Positions 23,786 to 33,068 of a DNA stretch of 49,586 nucleotides are shown in pieces (the stretch's first letter is position 1; every line of letters starts with the position of its first letter). The DNA is from a virus: UHGV virus genome UHGV-0212814; one strand, written 5' to 3'. The position numbers were made by a program, and so were the translations under genes. A model generated the notes under the pieces. The model was not told the origin of the DNA and did not search any database. It worked only from the letters and a program-made list of their open reading frames with translations.

Positions 23786-25084
23786 TCAGCTAACCACCAC
23801 TGTCATATATAATTGCGACATACAGTTAATCGGCGTCACCGGGCAGTTCACCACAACAGACCGCTTGCTGTTCCCGCGCCCTACCGTGATTTCTTTGGCC
23901 TCCACGGCCTCAATCGCCCGCAGCCTTGCCAGCTCCTTGTTGTAGGTCACGATGTCATTCCAGAGGCTCACCCTGCCCGCGTCATCGTTCGGCATGATGC
24001 CCAGGTACTTCGTGTTGAACATGGATGCGATGTCATTGCCAATCTGGTCCAGTACCCTTATGGTCTGGTTGCCGGAAAAGTCCTCGCCTTTTTCCTCCGT
24101 GAAAGTCGTCAGTGTGTTGATGTCCATCAGGACACGCACGTCATCGCCCACCCGGTGGAACATGAACTTCCCGGACCGTACACCCGCTGACAGCTGCCCC
24201 TGGGTGTAATCCACATCCACGGTAAGTTCCCCATCATACACACGGTTCTCATTGGTCTTATTGACAGCACAGGCCGCCTGGGCCCCGGTTGTCCAGTACA
24301 CAAGCCCCTGCTCCTGTTCTGCTGCCTTGTTCTCAACAGATATGATTCCCTCATAGTCAGCACCGGCATTCCGGTACATGACCGTCTGGAACTTGACGCC
24401 GGCTTCATCACGCATCCGTTTTGTGTACTCCGCAAACACGGCCTTGACCGCATCATCCATGGATGGGCAGCATAATGTCTGGAATGTATGGGATTCCATT
24501 TTTGCCAGGAACCGCGCATAATCCTCACCTGTCACCGCATCCCCATCAGTCCCTCCGGTAAAGGGCATCCCGGCCGTTGCCGCAAGGGTCGCATCCTTCT
24601 TGAACACAACGTACCGGTTGTCTGTAAGCTCCGTGGCTGCCGCTACTGTCTGATGGTCCACTTCCTTCCTGTCAAGCAGTGTCCTCACATCAAATTTCGT
24701 GCTGTCATCCACATTGGCGCTGACAACCAGCGTGAGGTCCTTGCCACGTACACCGCTGTATCTTGCCTGCCCGTAATCACAGGCAGCCTTCACGCCTGCA
24801 TTGAGCCTGTAGAAGATACCCTTGGTCAAATTCCTGAACAATTCCCTTATCATCCACATCTGTGGCGCATCTGCCGGATAGCCGAATATCTCCTGGCACC
24901 GCTCCTGGTAATCCTGGGCTGTCACAATGAAAGCCTCCTTTTCCGGTCCCCAGCCGAATTCCAGAGGGATTGCCGCCGTCCCGCGGTCTGAAAGCACTGC
25001 CACACTGCTGGCAGCACTGACAAAATTGATATAAGCCCCGGGAAGTGTTTTATTCTGAGCCGTAAAGCTTCCGCCTCCTAACAT
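23786..25084 (-). CDS. contractile tail sheath protein (XkdK-like)
   Basis: 432 aa; position and size typical of the sheath; a sheath-tube-chaperone-TMP order would follow but for the intervening island. Confidence 0.85.
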   Translation of the reverse strand: MLGGGSFTAQNKTLPGAYINFVSAASSVAVLSDRGTAAIPLEFGWGPEKEAFIVTAQDYQERCQEIFGYPADAPQMWMIRELFRNLTKGIFYRLNAGVKAACDYGQARYSGVRGKDLTLVVSANVDDSTKFDVRTLLDRKEVDHQTVAAATELTDNRYVVFKKDATLAATAGMPFTGGTDGDAVTGEDYARFLAKMESHTFQTLCCPSMDDAVKAVFAEYTKRMRDEAGVKFQTVMYRNAGADYEGIISVENKAAEQEQGLVYWTTGAQAACAVNKTNENRVYDGELTVDVDYTQGQLSAGVRSGKFMFHRVGDDVRVLMDINTLTTFTEEKGEDFSGNQTIRVLDQIGNDIASMFNTKYLGIMPNDDAGRVSLWNDIVTYNKELARLRAIEAVEAKEITVGRGNSKRSVVVNCPVTPINCMSQLYMTVVVS

Positions 25085-25258
25085 CTATCTCACCTTTCCT
25101 TTCATGAATTTCTCGATTACCGCATCCACTTCTTTCAGCGAATATTTCCTGCCATCCTCCAGCAGGGCACTCACCAGGTCCTTCTTTCCCTGGTAACACT
25201 CCGCCTGTAACAGCTCCTGTTTTGAAAATGTTGCTTCTCCCTGTTTTGTTTCCTTCAA
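25085..25258 (-). CDS. 57-aa hypothetical protein (TTG start)
   Basis: GGAGGT RBS 6 nt before the TTG; fills the gap between the neck protein and the sheath exactly; not in the ORF track. Confidence 0.3.
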   Translation of the reverse strand: MKETKQGEATFSKQELLQAECYQGKKDLVSALLEDGRKYSLKEVDAVIEKFMKGKVR

Positions 25259-25259
25259 T

Positions 25260-25697
25260 TCACGACCTCCTTAACTGCGTGCTGGCCTCCAGCCCCTCCA
25301 TTGGTTCCTCCTGGGGCTCCGGTTTCATGATGAACATATTGTAGCTGACAAAGAAGGTGAGCACACCATCCTCTGTCCTGTGACTGCGTCCGTTCCCCCG
25401 CAGCAGGCTGCCATCCCCCAATGTGATATATTCCAGCCCGTCCATGAGGATGTCCGCCACACGGTTCAGTTCCCGGGAGGGTTGGACGGTATCGCCAGGA
25501 AGATGCTGGATACACATAGCCGTCTCACGATAATATCGCCGACCAACCATTGGCTTTTCAGACGGCTCCAGGAACCGCACAAAAAAACAAGGCTCCGTAA
25601 GGCCCTGTCCTACCGCATCTGTGTAAATTTCATATCCATCGCCAAACAGCTCATTCAGCCGCCTGGTGACGGCATCCATGATATCGTTAAGCATCAA
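25260..25697 (-). CDS. tail completion / neck protein
   Basis: 145 aa between the HK97 gp10-like gene and the sheath. Confidence 0.5.
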   Translation of the reverse strand: MMLNDIMDAVTRRLNELFGDGYEIYTDAVGQGLTEPCFFVRFLEPSEKPMVGRRYYRETAMCIQHLPGDTVQPSRELNRVADILMDGLEYITLGDGSLLRGNGRSHRTEDGVLTFFVSYNMFIMKPEPQEEPMEGLEASTQLRRS

Positions 25698-26259
25698 ATA
25701 CTCCCTTCAAATATTCCCTTAACTTCTTTTCCAACACACCCGGAGCCTGAGCCTCCAGTTCCTTCTCTGATATGGTAAGCATGAACTTTCCTGGAACCCA
25801 GGCTTTCTTTGCACTCACACCTAAAGCGGGGATATAGCGGCCGGGCGTCTGCCGATGACCATATTCCACGTAGGATGCATATTCGGTCGGGTTGATTATC
25901 TCAATCTGGTAGTTATCCCCTACCTTCTGGATATCACCCACCGTCCAGCCGCGTCTTAATGTCCCTCCCTGGTATCCAGCCCAGTATTTCTGCTTTATGG
26001 CGCCATTCTTTGACAGGAAGGTCCTTGACTTCCCATCGGAACCCTTTACCTTTACAGTCTTTGGCCCGTCCAGCTTTGGTGCCTTCCCTACCGACGTCCT
26101 TTGCTTGACCTTCCTCAGAAGCCGGGATGCCAGTTCCTGGATACACTCCTGGTTGAAGGCCTCCCGCTCCTGTTCAAGGCGCTCAATCTGTCTCTGCAGC
26201 TTCCTGACATCCTTAAAATCAAAACTTCCACCCTTTGCCATCATGCATACCCCTTCCAC
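25687..26259 (-). CDS. HK97 gp10-family head-tail joining protein
   Basis: 190 aa in the neck module; WAGYQGG, EYGHRQTPGRYIP motifs. Confidence 0.55.
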   Translation of the reverse strand: MEGVCMMAKGGSFDFKDVRKLQRQIERLEQEREAFNQECIQELASRLLRKVKQRTSVGKAPKLDGPKTVKVKGSDGKSRTFLSKNGAIKQKYWAGYQGGTLRRGWTVGDIQKVGDNYQIEIINPTEYASYVEYGHRQTPGRYIPALGVSAKKAWVPGKFMLTISEKELEAQAPGVLEKKLREYLKGVFDA

Positions 26260-26627
26260 AGCTCCAGCAGGATTTCCTGGTGGGAAGGGTATACGGCAGC
26301 CTTACCACTCTGGGCATAGCTTTCCGCCTGTCCCTGCTGTGTTACCTCAATCCGGCATCCGGGCGGTACTGTCAGCTCCGGGGCCAGGAACAGCTTTATG
26401 GCCTGCGCCACAGCCGTGACCGTATCACTTCCAGCCGCCGGTGACGTACTGGAATAGGACAGATGGCAGGCTATACCATCCTGTACCAGAACCTCTTCCT
26501 GCCTTGTCACCTTCGTCACAGGGTCCTTTACAGGCTTCATCCCATAAATCCTGCATGCCCCATCATAAGTGGCCTCCACGGCCTTCCTGTGCATCCTCTG
26601 GGCCTGCCTGATTGCATCCCTTATCAT
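26241..26627 (-). CDS. head closure / head-tail adaptor protein
   Basis: 128 aa after the gp6-like connector. Confidence 0.55.
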   Translation of the reverse strand: MIRDAIRQAQRMHRKAVEATYDGACRIYGMKPVKDPVTKVTRQEEVLVQDGIACHLSYSSTSPAAGSDTVTAVAQAIKLFLAPELTVPPGCRIEVTQQGQAESYAQSGKAAVYPSHQEILLELWKGYA

Positions 26628-26628
26628 C

Positions 26629-26967
26629 CTACCACCCCAGCTTCCTATACCGGTTCAGCTGTCCCTGATAATCCTTCAGGATACCGCCTGACAAGGCATC
26701 CGCCGCGCTGGTGAAGCTTGTGGATGTGTCCCCTTCTGATATGGATGACACCTGCACCGGAGCATCCCCATCCCCAGGGCGCTCATACCGATACAGGTCC
26801 ATAGCCATCCGGTATGATGTGCTGGCCAATCCCGCCGGAACTGCCTTTAAGTTACAGTAGTTCCGGATAGTCTCGTCCACATCCTCCATAAGGAACTGCA
26901 GCGCGATATCCTGTGCTGTGTCACCCTCCGGTATCCCTAACAGCCCCTTCAGCTTCTTTAGTTCCAT
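26629..26967 (-). CDS. gp6-like head-tail connector protein
   Basis: 112 aa; MELKKLKGLLGI...DIALQFLMEDVDETI, typical of Phage_connect_1. Confidence 0.65.
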   Translation of the reverse strand: MELKKLKGLLGIPEGDTAQDIALQFLMEDVDETIRNYCNLKAVPAGLASTSYRMAMDLYRYERPGDGDAPVQVSSISEGDTSTSFTSAADALSGGILKDYQGQLNRYRKLGW

Positions 26968-26978
26968 GACATCCCTCC

Positions 26979-27998
26979 TTAAGAGATGGTCGCGATGAAT
27001 ACCTGGTCCGCATACGGGAAGGAAGGCATGGCTGTTGCAACTGCCTTAATCCATCTTCCGACCGGGTCTATTGTGTCATACTGCACGACCACGACATTAC
27101 CCACTGCGGATACATCCACATCCGGGTTCTTACGCAGTTCCAGTTCCTCGGCTGTAAGCCCATAGAAGGTATCCCCAAGTTTCCCATCCGGCATCATGAT
27201 GAATGCGGATTCCGGGAGGAAGCGCGCGGACGAGTATTTCCCTTTCGCATCCTGCTGGCGGTACTGCTTGTCATAGATGGCAATCTGCGGGAGGCTCTGC
27301 TGGGCCAGGAAGGCGTTCAGTTCCGCCCTGGTAAGCACCCGGTCACTGTTCACCCCGTAGATTGCGGCGCGTATCCTGTGGTCCCGTAAGATGCGGTTCA
27401 GGTTGGTCTTGGATGTCAGGGCCCGCGTCGGCGTGAACCCGGTATCCTTGACAATCCGGTCCACGAAGGCATCCATATCCTCCAGGATGGTGGGGTCACC
27501 GCTCCCCCATGTCTTATCAGCCTTATGCGTGCTTGGAATCCCATAATCGATGCTTGCCTTGAAGCCATTCTCGTTGATGGACAGCTTACCTGTTGACAGG
27601 GCCTCCATCCTCAGGCACTCGACCCTGGTCCTCACGCCCGCCACCAGGTTGTCCACGTCATTGTAGATTTTGCGGACCATCTCGGCCTCCTCCTGGTCAT
27701 TCCTCGGACTCTCAAGGGCAATGATTTCCTTCTCATTCAGGCGGATTTTCCTCTTGATGAGGGCCAGGTCCTGCATGCTGTAATCGGCACCTTCCCTGGA
27801 CCCCAGTTCCGTCTCAGTATCGAACGCATGGATGTGGGCGGACACGGGGAGGTCGGATGCCCCCTTAATCATCCTGATTTCCATGGCTTCAGTCTTACGT
27901 TCCGGGAACAGCACTTCACCCATGTAGGCCTCGGTCTGTCTTTCCTTCGTATAATCAATCAGCTCCTGCGGTGTTAATAATTCCTCTACTCTCGGCAT
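26979..27998 (-). CDS. major capsid protein
   Basis: 339 aa after the scaffold and decoration genes; size and position as for lambda gpE-like coat proteins. Confidence 0.7.
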   Translation of the reverse strand: MPRVEELLTPQELIDYTKERQTEAYMGEVLFPERKTEAMEIRMIKGASDLPVSAHIHAFDTETELGSREGADYSMQDLALIKRKIRLNEKEIIALESPRNDQEEAEMVRKIYNDVDNLVAGVRTRVECLRMEALSTGKLSINENGFKASIDYGIPSTHKADKTWGSGDPTILEDMDAFVDRIVKDTGFTPTRALTSKTNLNRILRDHRIRAAIYGVNSDRVLTRAELNAFLAQQSLPQIAIYDKQYRQQDAKGKYSSARFLPESAFIMMPDGKLGDTFYGLTAEELELRKNPDVDVSAVGNVVVVQYDTIDPVGRWIKAVATAMPSFPYADQVFIATIS

Positions 27999-28011
27999 GT
28001 CTTAATCCTCC

Positions 28012-28434
28012 TTATACTGTGGGGGCGGCGGCCTTGACCTTCAGGCTCCCGTCCACAAAAAATTTGATGAATGGCATCTTTTCTACCAGCTGGTCCACGG
28101 CATCAACTAGGTATTCCCCCTGCAGCCGCTCCGTGTTGACGGAACCGGCTATCATCAATGCTCCGGCCTGGGGTCCATGGGTGACTTCCGTGGTCGCGAA
28201 CAGGATGCCTACCGGTTCCGTGGAAAACGCATAGGTATAAGCCCCGGAACTTCCCGCGCGGGTTACTTTGACCGCTTTCCCATCCTTATCCAACAGGCTG
28301 CCTGCCAGGACGGACTTCTTCCCCTCCGCATCTGCTGTCACCCCGGTATCCGCTACCGTACAGGTGATGTTCTCATAGTGTTCATTCCTCAGGAACTCCG
28401 GGGAATTATCGTACGTCTTCTTTACTAAATACAT
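28012..28434 (-). CDS. head decoration-like protein
   Basis: 140 aa between the scaffold and major capsid genes (gpD position). Confidence 0.45.
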   Translation of the reverse strand: MYLVKKTYDNSPEFLRNEHYENITCTVADTGVTADAEGKKSVLAGSLLDKDGKAVKVTRAGSSGAYTYAFSTEPVGILFATTEVTHGPQAGALMIAGSVNTERLQGEYLVDAVDQLVEKMPFIKFFVDGSLKVKAAAPTV

Positions 28435-28452
28435 GTCTTTTCCTCTCTTTCC

Positions 28453-29064
28453 TTATTTTGTTGCCCATGCATCTGCATAGGGGTTCCTGGCTGATTCCTT
28501 GTTCAGGCTCTCCGCCACTGTCTTGGCCCAGCCGCCTTCTGACGCCTCACCGGCCTTGGGTGCATAGGATGGCTTCTTTCCCGGTTTGTCCGGTCCGGAA
28601 GCCGTGGATTCCTTGAACAGGAATGCCTTCCCTTCCTTCAGTGTCTTAACCTGTTCGTCAAGGCCGGTAACCTTCCCGTCATCCGACAGGATTAGCTTCG
28701 ACCGGTCCAGCAATCCTGCCACCAGGTCGGCATCATGGGCGGACTCACCGATGGCAAGCTTGATGGCGGTTGTCAGCTTCAGCTCCTTCATGTCCGCCTC
28801 ATACTTCTCTTTGGCGGCCTTATTCTCCGCCTGGAGGTCCGTAATCTGTTTCTGGAGTTCCTCATTGCTGCCACTGGCCTTCTTCAGTTCCTCCAGTTGT
28901 TTGTCCCTGGTCCTGATGTCCTTCTCCAGCTGCGCCTTCGTGGTGTTGGCTGCTTCCAAATCCGTTTTTGGGACATAGGCCTCCAGTTCCTTCTTTGATT
29001 CCTGCTCCGCCTTGGCTGCCAGTTCCTCACTGATGCCAAGGGCAACAAAATCTTCTTTTTTCAT
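28453..29064 (-). CDS. capsid scaffolding protein
   Basis: highly charged coiled-coil; RBS AAAGGAAAG at the MKKEDF start; the track ORF extends to 29130. Confidence 0.65.
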   Translation of the reverse strand: MKKEDFVALGISEELAAKAEQESKKELEAYVPKTDLEAANTTKAQLEKDIRTRDKQLEELKKASGSNEELQKQITDLQAENKAAKEKYEADMKELKLTTAIKLAIGESAHDADLVAGLLDRSKLILSDDGKVTGLDEQVKTLKEGKAFLFKESTASGPDKPGKKPSYAPKAGEASEGGWAKTVAESLNKESARNPYADAWATK

Positions 29065-29204
29065 GTTCTCTTTCCTTTCTTTTTGGCATATTTCAATCCA
29101 CAAGGTCCGCATAGACCTTGACCTGACCAATCATTATTAGGGCATAAAAATAACACGTCAGGATAAACCTGCGTGCTTCCCTCTGCGCTGTTACTGCGAT
29201 ATCT

Positions 29205-29236
29205 AAACAAAATACCACCGGCCATTACTGACTGGT
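29205..29236 (-). terminator. intrinsic terminator after the putative immunity gene
   Basis: ACCACC..GGTGGT stem followed by ATTTTGTTT on the minus strand; approximate coordinates. Confidence 0.4.
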
Positions 29237-29242
29237 GGTACT

Positions 29243-29527
29243 CTATAATCTGTATTCCGCAGGAATCTCAACATTAACCGCAGAATCTAACAACCTGAAA
29301 TTACTTATATCGGGGAGATAAAACAGCTCCTGTTTTCCGCTATCCTTGACGATTGCAATTCCTTGTTTTCCGTAAACTGCTTCCCCTTCTCTGTTGGCCC
29401 CATCAAACAGCCATCTATCCCCCAAATCCTTAATTGAACATAATCCGGTATCTCCATATCCTGTTTTAAAGTACTCCATTGCAGCCTTACATGCTTCTTC
29501 AAATTTCATCCTTATCACCCGCCTCAC
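29243..29527 (-). CDS. small protein downstream of the MuF toxin-like gene (candidate immunity protein)
   Basis: 88-94 aa; overlaps the MuF gene stop; followed by a terminator. Confidence 0.4.
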   Translation of the reverse strand: MRRVIRMKFEEACKAAMEYFKTGYGDTGLCSIKDLGDRWLFDGANREGEAVYGKQGIAIVKDSGKQELFYLPDISNFRLLDSAVNVEIPAEYRL

Positions 29528-31115
29528 AAGCAGTTATGCCTCTATCTGAGGGCTCAATATTATCAATTCTCCAAAACTTCGTTTTTCCCTCTTGCACATA
29601 ATCAAAAATCTCGCTTGAAAATTCTTTGCCTGATTGTACATCATAAAAATGGACTTCCTTATCCCTCATCTCCGCGACAAAGACATGACCGTTAGCACTA
29701 TTTTTCCATCTAACTGATACCTCTGCCCTTGCTCCATCCTGCCATTCCCTCAATGTTCTTTTAATATCATTTAATCCACTTTCCGCGGTTTCTCGTACTT
29801 CCGGATTTATCCAGGCTTCCTCTGGATGTCTCTGTAAATAATGATTTCCCTTAATTGGCTTTGCAGTTACATTATACCCTCTCCTCCGCATTTCATAGGC
29901 AGAAACACAGTTTGTGCAGTTTTCGCTGTATCCGTTCTTTACATAATGTTTAAAATTCGGATTAACACTGTTAAGAGGGACTTCATCCTCATGTATCCGC
30001 TTCCAATTTTTGGGTATGCCTCCATATATGGTTCCCTTTTCTTTTATTATATCAGAATTATATGTCTTTTCAACCACGAACTGTTTTTCCCATTCCCTAT
30101 TCTTCATGTCAGAGGGAACATAATATGTTTTCCCACTACTGTCTCTGGCGGCTCTCATCTCACCCTCCGTAAATTCGTCGTCAAAATACGGCACCGTAGT
30201 GGACCTGCAGTTTGGGTGGAAGGGCGGCGCCGTAGTCCCGACTTCATAATCCTTCATGTCAAAGACCTTGCCGTCCATATCCCTGCATATCTCAGAAGTC
30301 TGACCATCCAACGTGGCCAGGATTTCATACTTCCCCACCCCCAGCCCCTTCAGGCAGTCCCTCTGGGCCGCCGAAGAGATGGCTGCTGACTCGGTCATGA
30401 TGAGACGCCCGGCCTGGCCCCGGCTGACCTCCATGGTCCTCAACAGGCTGTCTATGGCCTTCTGAGGTGACTCACCACGGATGATGTTCTGGGTCAGTTC
30501 GGTATGCAGGTTCCTGACCAGCTTATCCTTATTGGTCCAGATACGGCTTGAGAAGTTTTCCCCATCCTGTGCCCAGGGATGCCTGATGATGGCATCCATC
30601 CTCCGGTCATCCAGCCGTGCAAGGTTGGTACCCACCCCGGTTCCCTTTGCCACCTCAAAAGCGGTCCGGTAATACTGTTCCCTATAGGCTTCATGCAGAT
30701 AATCCGTCATGCCTCCATCAAACTCCGTTGACAGCAGTTCCGCATGCTGCTGCATCTGGAGCTTCATGGCCTCCAGGTATGAGATGTGGTGCCGGGCGGA
30801 TGCATTCTCCAGTTCCTTCATCCAGCGCTGGTCCACGGCATTTTCCTTGCCGGCCTTTATGTAATCCTCGACCGTCCATTTAAACTCTTCCAGTTCATCC
30901 TTTTTAAGCAGCTTCTTGGCCCCGGCATAGCTGACCCCATTATTGTCGGCCAGGCGCTGATACCACCGCATAACGTCCATCTGTATGCTGTTGGTCGCCC
31001 GCATGTATTGCCTCTGGACATCCTTGTAGTAAGCAGCACCGCGCTGGTACTGGTCATCCTCCAGGGCAGCCATGCGTTTCCCCCAATAGTCCTTATTCTT
31101 TGCCGCGGGACCCAC
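29499..31115 (-). CDS. MuF/SPP1 gp7-like minor head protein fused to a C-terminal toxin-like domain
   Basis: N-terminal Phage_Mu_F features ending in the HPNCRSTTVPYF motif. A roughly 200-aa extension follows, with a papain-like Cys...His...Asp/Gln order (NCTNCVSAY, GHVFVAE, FYDVQ). The start is uncertain: GTG at 31115 or ATG at 31073. Confidence 0.75.
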   Translation of the reverse strand: MGPAAKNKDYWGKRMAALEDDQYQRGAAYYKDVQRQYMRATNSIQMDVMRWYQRLADNNGVSYAGAKKLLKKDELEEFKWTVEDYIKAGKENAVDQRWMKELENASARHHISYLEAMKLQMQQHAELLSTEFDGGMTDYLHEAYREQYYRTAFEVAKGTGVGTNLARLDDRRMDAIIRHPWAQDGENFSSRIWTNKDKLVRNLHTELTQNIIRGESPQKAIDSLLRTMEVSRGQAGRLIMTESAAISSAAQRDCLKGLGVGKYEILATLDGQTSEICRDMDGKVFDMKDYEVGTTAPPFHPNCRSTTVPYFDDEFTEGEMRAARDSSGKTYYVPSDMKNREWEKQFVVEKTYNSDIIKEKGTIYGGIPKNWKRIHEDEVPLNSVNPNFKHYVKNGYSENCTNCVSAYEMRRRGYNVTAKPIKGNHYLQRHPEEAWINPEVRETAESGLNDIKRTLREWQDGARAEVSVRWKNSANGHVFVAEMRDKEVHFYDVQSGKEFSSEIFDYVQEGKTKFWRIDNIEPSDRGITACEAGDKDEI

Positions 31116-31124
31116 CTCCCTTCG

Positions 31125-31153
31125 TTGCTTTTCATTCTCCTCCTGGTTATAAT
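31125..31153 (+). promoter_or_regulatory. sigma70-like promoter TTGCTT-17-TATAAT for the opposite-strand Cys-rich gene
   Basis: perfect -10 hexamer and 17-nt spacer. Confidence 0.5.
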
Positions 31154-31204
31154 GTACTTACAGGCCCCTGCCAGGGCTGAATCCGAGAGAAAGGAGTTAC
31201 ACTT

Positions 31205-31393
31205 ATGTGCACAGAAGATTACTGCGAAATTGTTTCCCAGACCGTCTCAATAGAATACCATGCTATGGATGTGCCTGTTCTTGGGGAAAAACATTCGCCT
31301 GGTAGTTTTATGATTGATGACTGTTCCTGTGGAGATGATTGCTGCACCAGAACATCAGAATGTCCCATGTTCCGCAAATTAAATAACCTTTAG
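31205..31393 (+). CDS. small acidic cysteine-rich protein (7 Cys in 62 aa)
   Basis: RBS AAAGGAG 7 nt upstream; own promoter; followed by a 10-bp-stem hairpin; opposite strand inside the head module. Confidence 0.5.
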   Translation: MCTEDYCEIVSQTVSIEYHAMDVPVLGEKHSPGSFMIDDCSCGDDCCTRTSECPMFRKLNNL

Positions 31394-31596
31394 TATTTGA
31401 GGGTGAGTCCATCAGTAATCCCATCGTTTGGATCACCCTCAAGTATTTCAAGTCTGTAACCTGAATGTTTAAACGCTTCCGGTTCTTCGTTCCCGTCCTT
31501 GTACATAAACACAATTCCCTGATCTTCATCAATCAGAATTTTGTCAACGGCTTTGCGTTCTAAAACAACCCTCTTGCGCTTGGCTAAATCTGACAT
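31390..31596 (-). CDS. small hypothetical protein after the portal gene
   Basis: about 69 aa from the ATG just downstream of the portal stop; the track ORF extends to 31701. Confidence 0.35.
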   Translation of the reverse strand: MSDLAKRKRVVLERKAVDKILIDEDQGIVFMYKDGNEEPEAFKHSGYRLEILEGDPNDGITDGLTLKY

Positions 31597-31618
31597 TCTT
31601 AATGGGGGATGCGTGGGC

Positions 31619-33055
31619 TCATACACCCGTATCGTCAATTGCTTCACCCTCTTCCTTTTGTGGAGGTTTTCCCTTCTGCCCAAATGCTTGCTGGTAGACA
31701 TCCACCTTCTGGGCCTCTTCCTCTTCTTCCTTTTTCAACTGTTTCTCTTCCTCCTCCGCATTCTCCACCCACGGGTGGTTCTTGAGGATGGTCTTGTGTG
31801 AAATGACGCCCACGCTTTTTGTGGCGATGTCGGCCAGTTCTGATTCACTCCGGATGGCCGTCCTGGTCCAGGTCTGGGTAATCTGTTTACACTCAGAACC
31901 CAGATGATGGCAGATTGCGCGCACCAGCCGGCCGAAACCCAGCTTGAACTCAGTCTCCATCAGCCCTGCCTTCAACTCCAGGAGAGAATACAGGTACTTC
32001 AGTGCCTCGCCGGATGAATTGCCGAACTTCTGCGGGTCCGGGTCCACTCCCTGTCCCTGCTCAAAGATTGCCTTCCTGGTTATCTCCAGGAACTTCTCCC
32101 TGGCCTCAATCGGGATGCTGATGGTCAGCGCCTCCACTCCACCTCCACCCCCGGTTCCGTCGGTCTCCACCTTGATTGCCTTATACTGCTTCAGTTCATT
32201 TACAAAGGTCTTCAAATCCTCACCGCCATAATTGGTCAGTATGAAGATGATTTCCTGTATGTCCTCCAAGTCATTCAGGAAACCGCTGAATACCTTGTCA
32301 TAGGCATCTATCAACGGCTTCACATTGACCAGGTCATCCGTGGGGATATTGTTATTGTAGAACGGGATGAATGGGACCTCCCCGAAGCCGTGCTCAAACT
32401 CATTGGTCATCTGGACACCTCCATCCGGGGAATCGGCCATCTCATACATGTTATAGGCCTCCAGCCCCAACTCTGAGATGGAACTGCCCTTCTTCCTGTA
32501 CACATGGCATTTTTCTGCCGTCCAGTATTCCCATACATAGATGACCTTCCCATCCACGGCATCCCTTGTCTTATAATTCCGCAGCACGGCCTCCAACTGG
32601 CGGTCCAGGTCGGCGGAATAAACCGGGATGATCTGCTTCGGGTCTATGGTCCCATACTTCCACTGGCCATCATCATCCTTCCAGTAATGCAACCATGCCA
32701 CCCTATAGTTCGAAGCCTTGACACACAGGTCCTTGCATACCTTGGCATATTTGTCCCCCAGCATGTCCGCAATCTGTTTATTCATGTTTTCATTACCTAC
32801 ATCAAATAGTGGCGGGGCAGAAAACATATAGGCCGCCTTCTGGTTGACCAATAGCCCATGGAAGTTCCGTGGTATCCGGTTGTCCGCATTCCGCAACGGG
32901 TCATTATCCCGGTTCTTCCTTACGCCATAGAGGATGTCATTCTTATTCTCATAATACCGTTCCGCCACCTTGGATTCCCGTATGAAACGCCGATGTCCAA
33001 CAGAACAGCTTTTTATCAGTTCCTTCACCACATCGATTGGCATAACCTGTGGCAT
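31619..33055 (-). CDS. portal protein (SPP1 gp6-like)
   Basis: 478 aa; acidic C-terminal tail; RBS AGGAGGTG; follows terL. Confidence 0.85.
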   Translation of the reverse strand: MPQVMPIDVVKELIKSCSVGHRRFIRESKVAERYYENKNDILYGVRKNRDNDPLRNADNRIPRNFHGLLVNQKAAYMFSAPPLFDVGNENMNKQIADMLGDKYAKVCKDLCVKASNYRVAWLHYWKDDDGQWKYGTIDPKQIIPVYSADLDRQLEAVLRNYKTRDAVDGKVIYVWEYWTAEKCHVYRKKGSSISELGLEAYNMYEMADSPDGGVQMTNEFEHGFGEVPFIPFYNNNIPTDDLVNVKPLIDAYDKVFSGFLNDLEDIQEIIFILTNYGGEDLKTFVNELKQYKAIKVETDGTGGGGGVEALTISIPIEAREKFLEITRKAIFEQGQGVDPDPQKFGNSSGEALKYLYSLLELKAGLMETEFKLGFGRLVRAICHHLGSECKQITQTWTRTAIRSESELADIATKSVGVISHKTILKNHPWVENAEEEEKQLKKEEEEEAQKVDVYQQAFGQKGKPPQKEEGEAIDDTGV

Positions 33056-33068
33056 CACACCACCTCCT

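Noticed and set aside
30857-31135. 92-aa minus-strand ORF with GGAGGAGA directly before its ATG
   Set aside because: It is an alternative frame inside the MuF gene start. Its W/R-rich composition is implausible. It may only indicate that the true MuF start is the downstream ATG at 31073.
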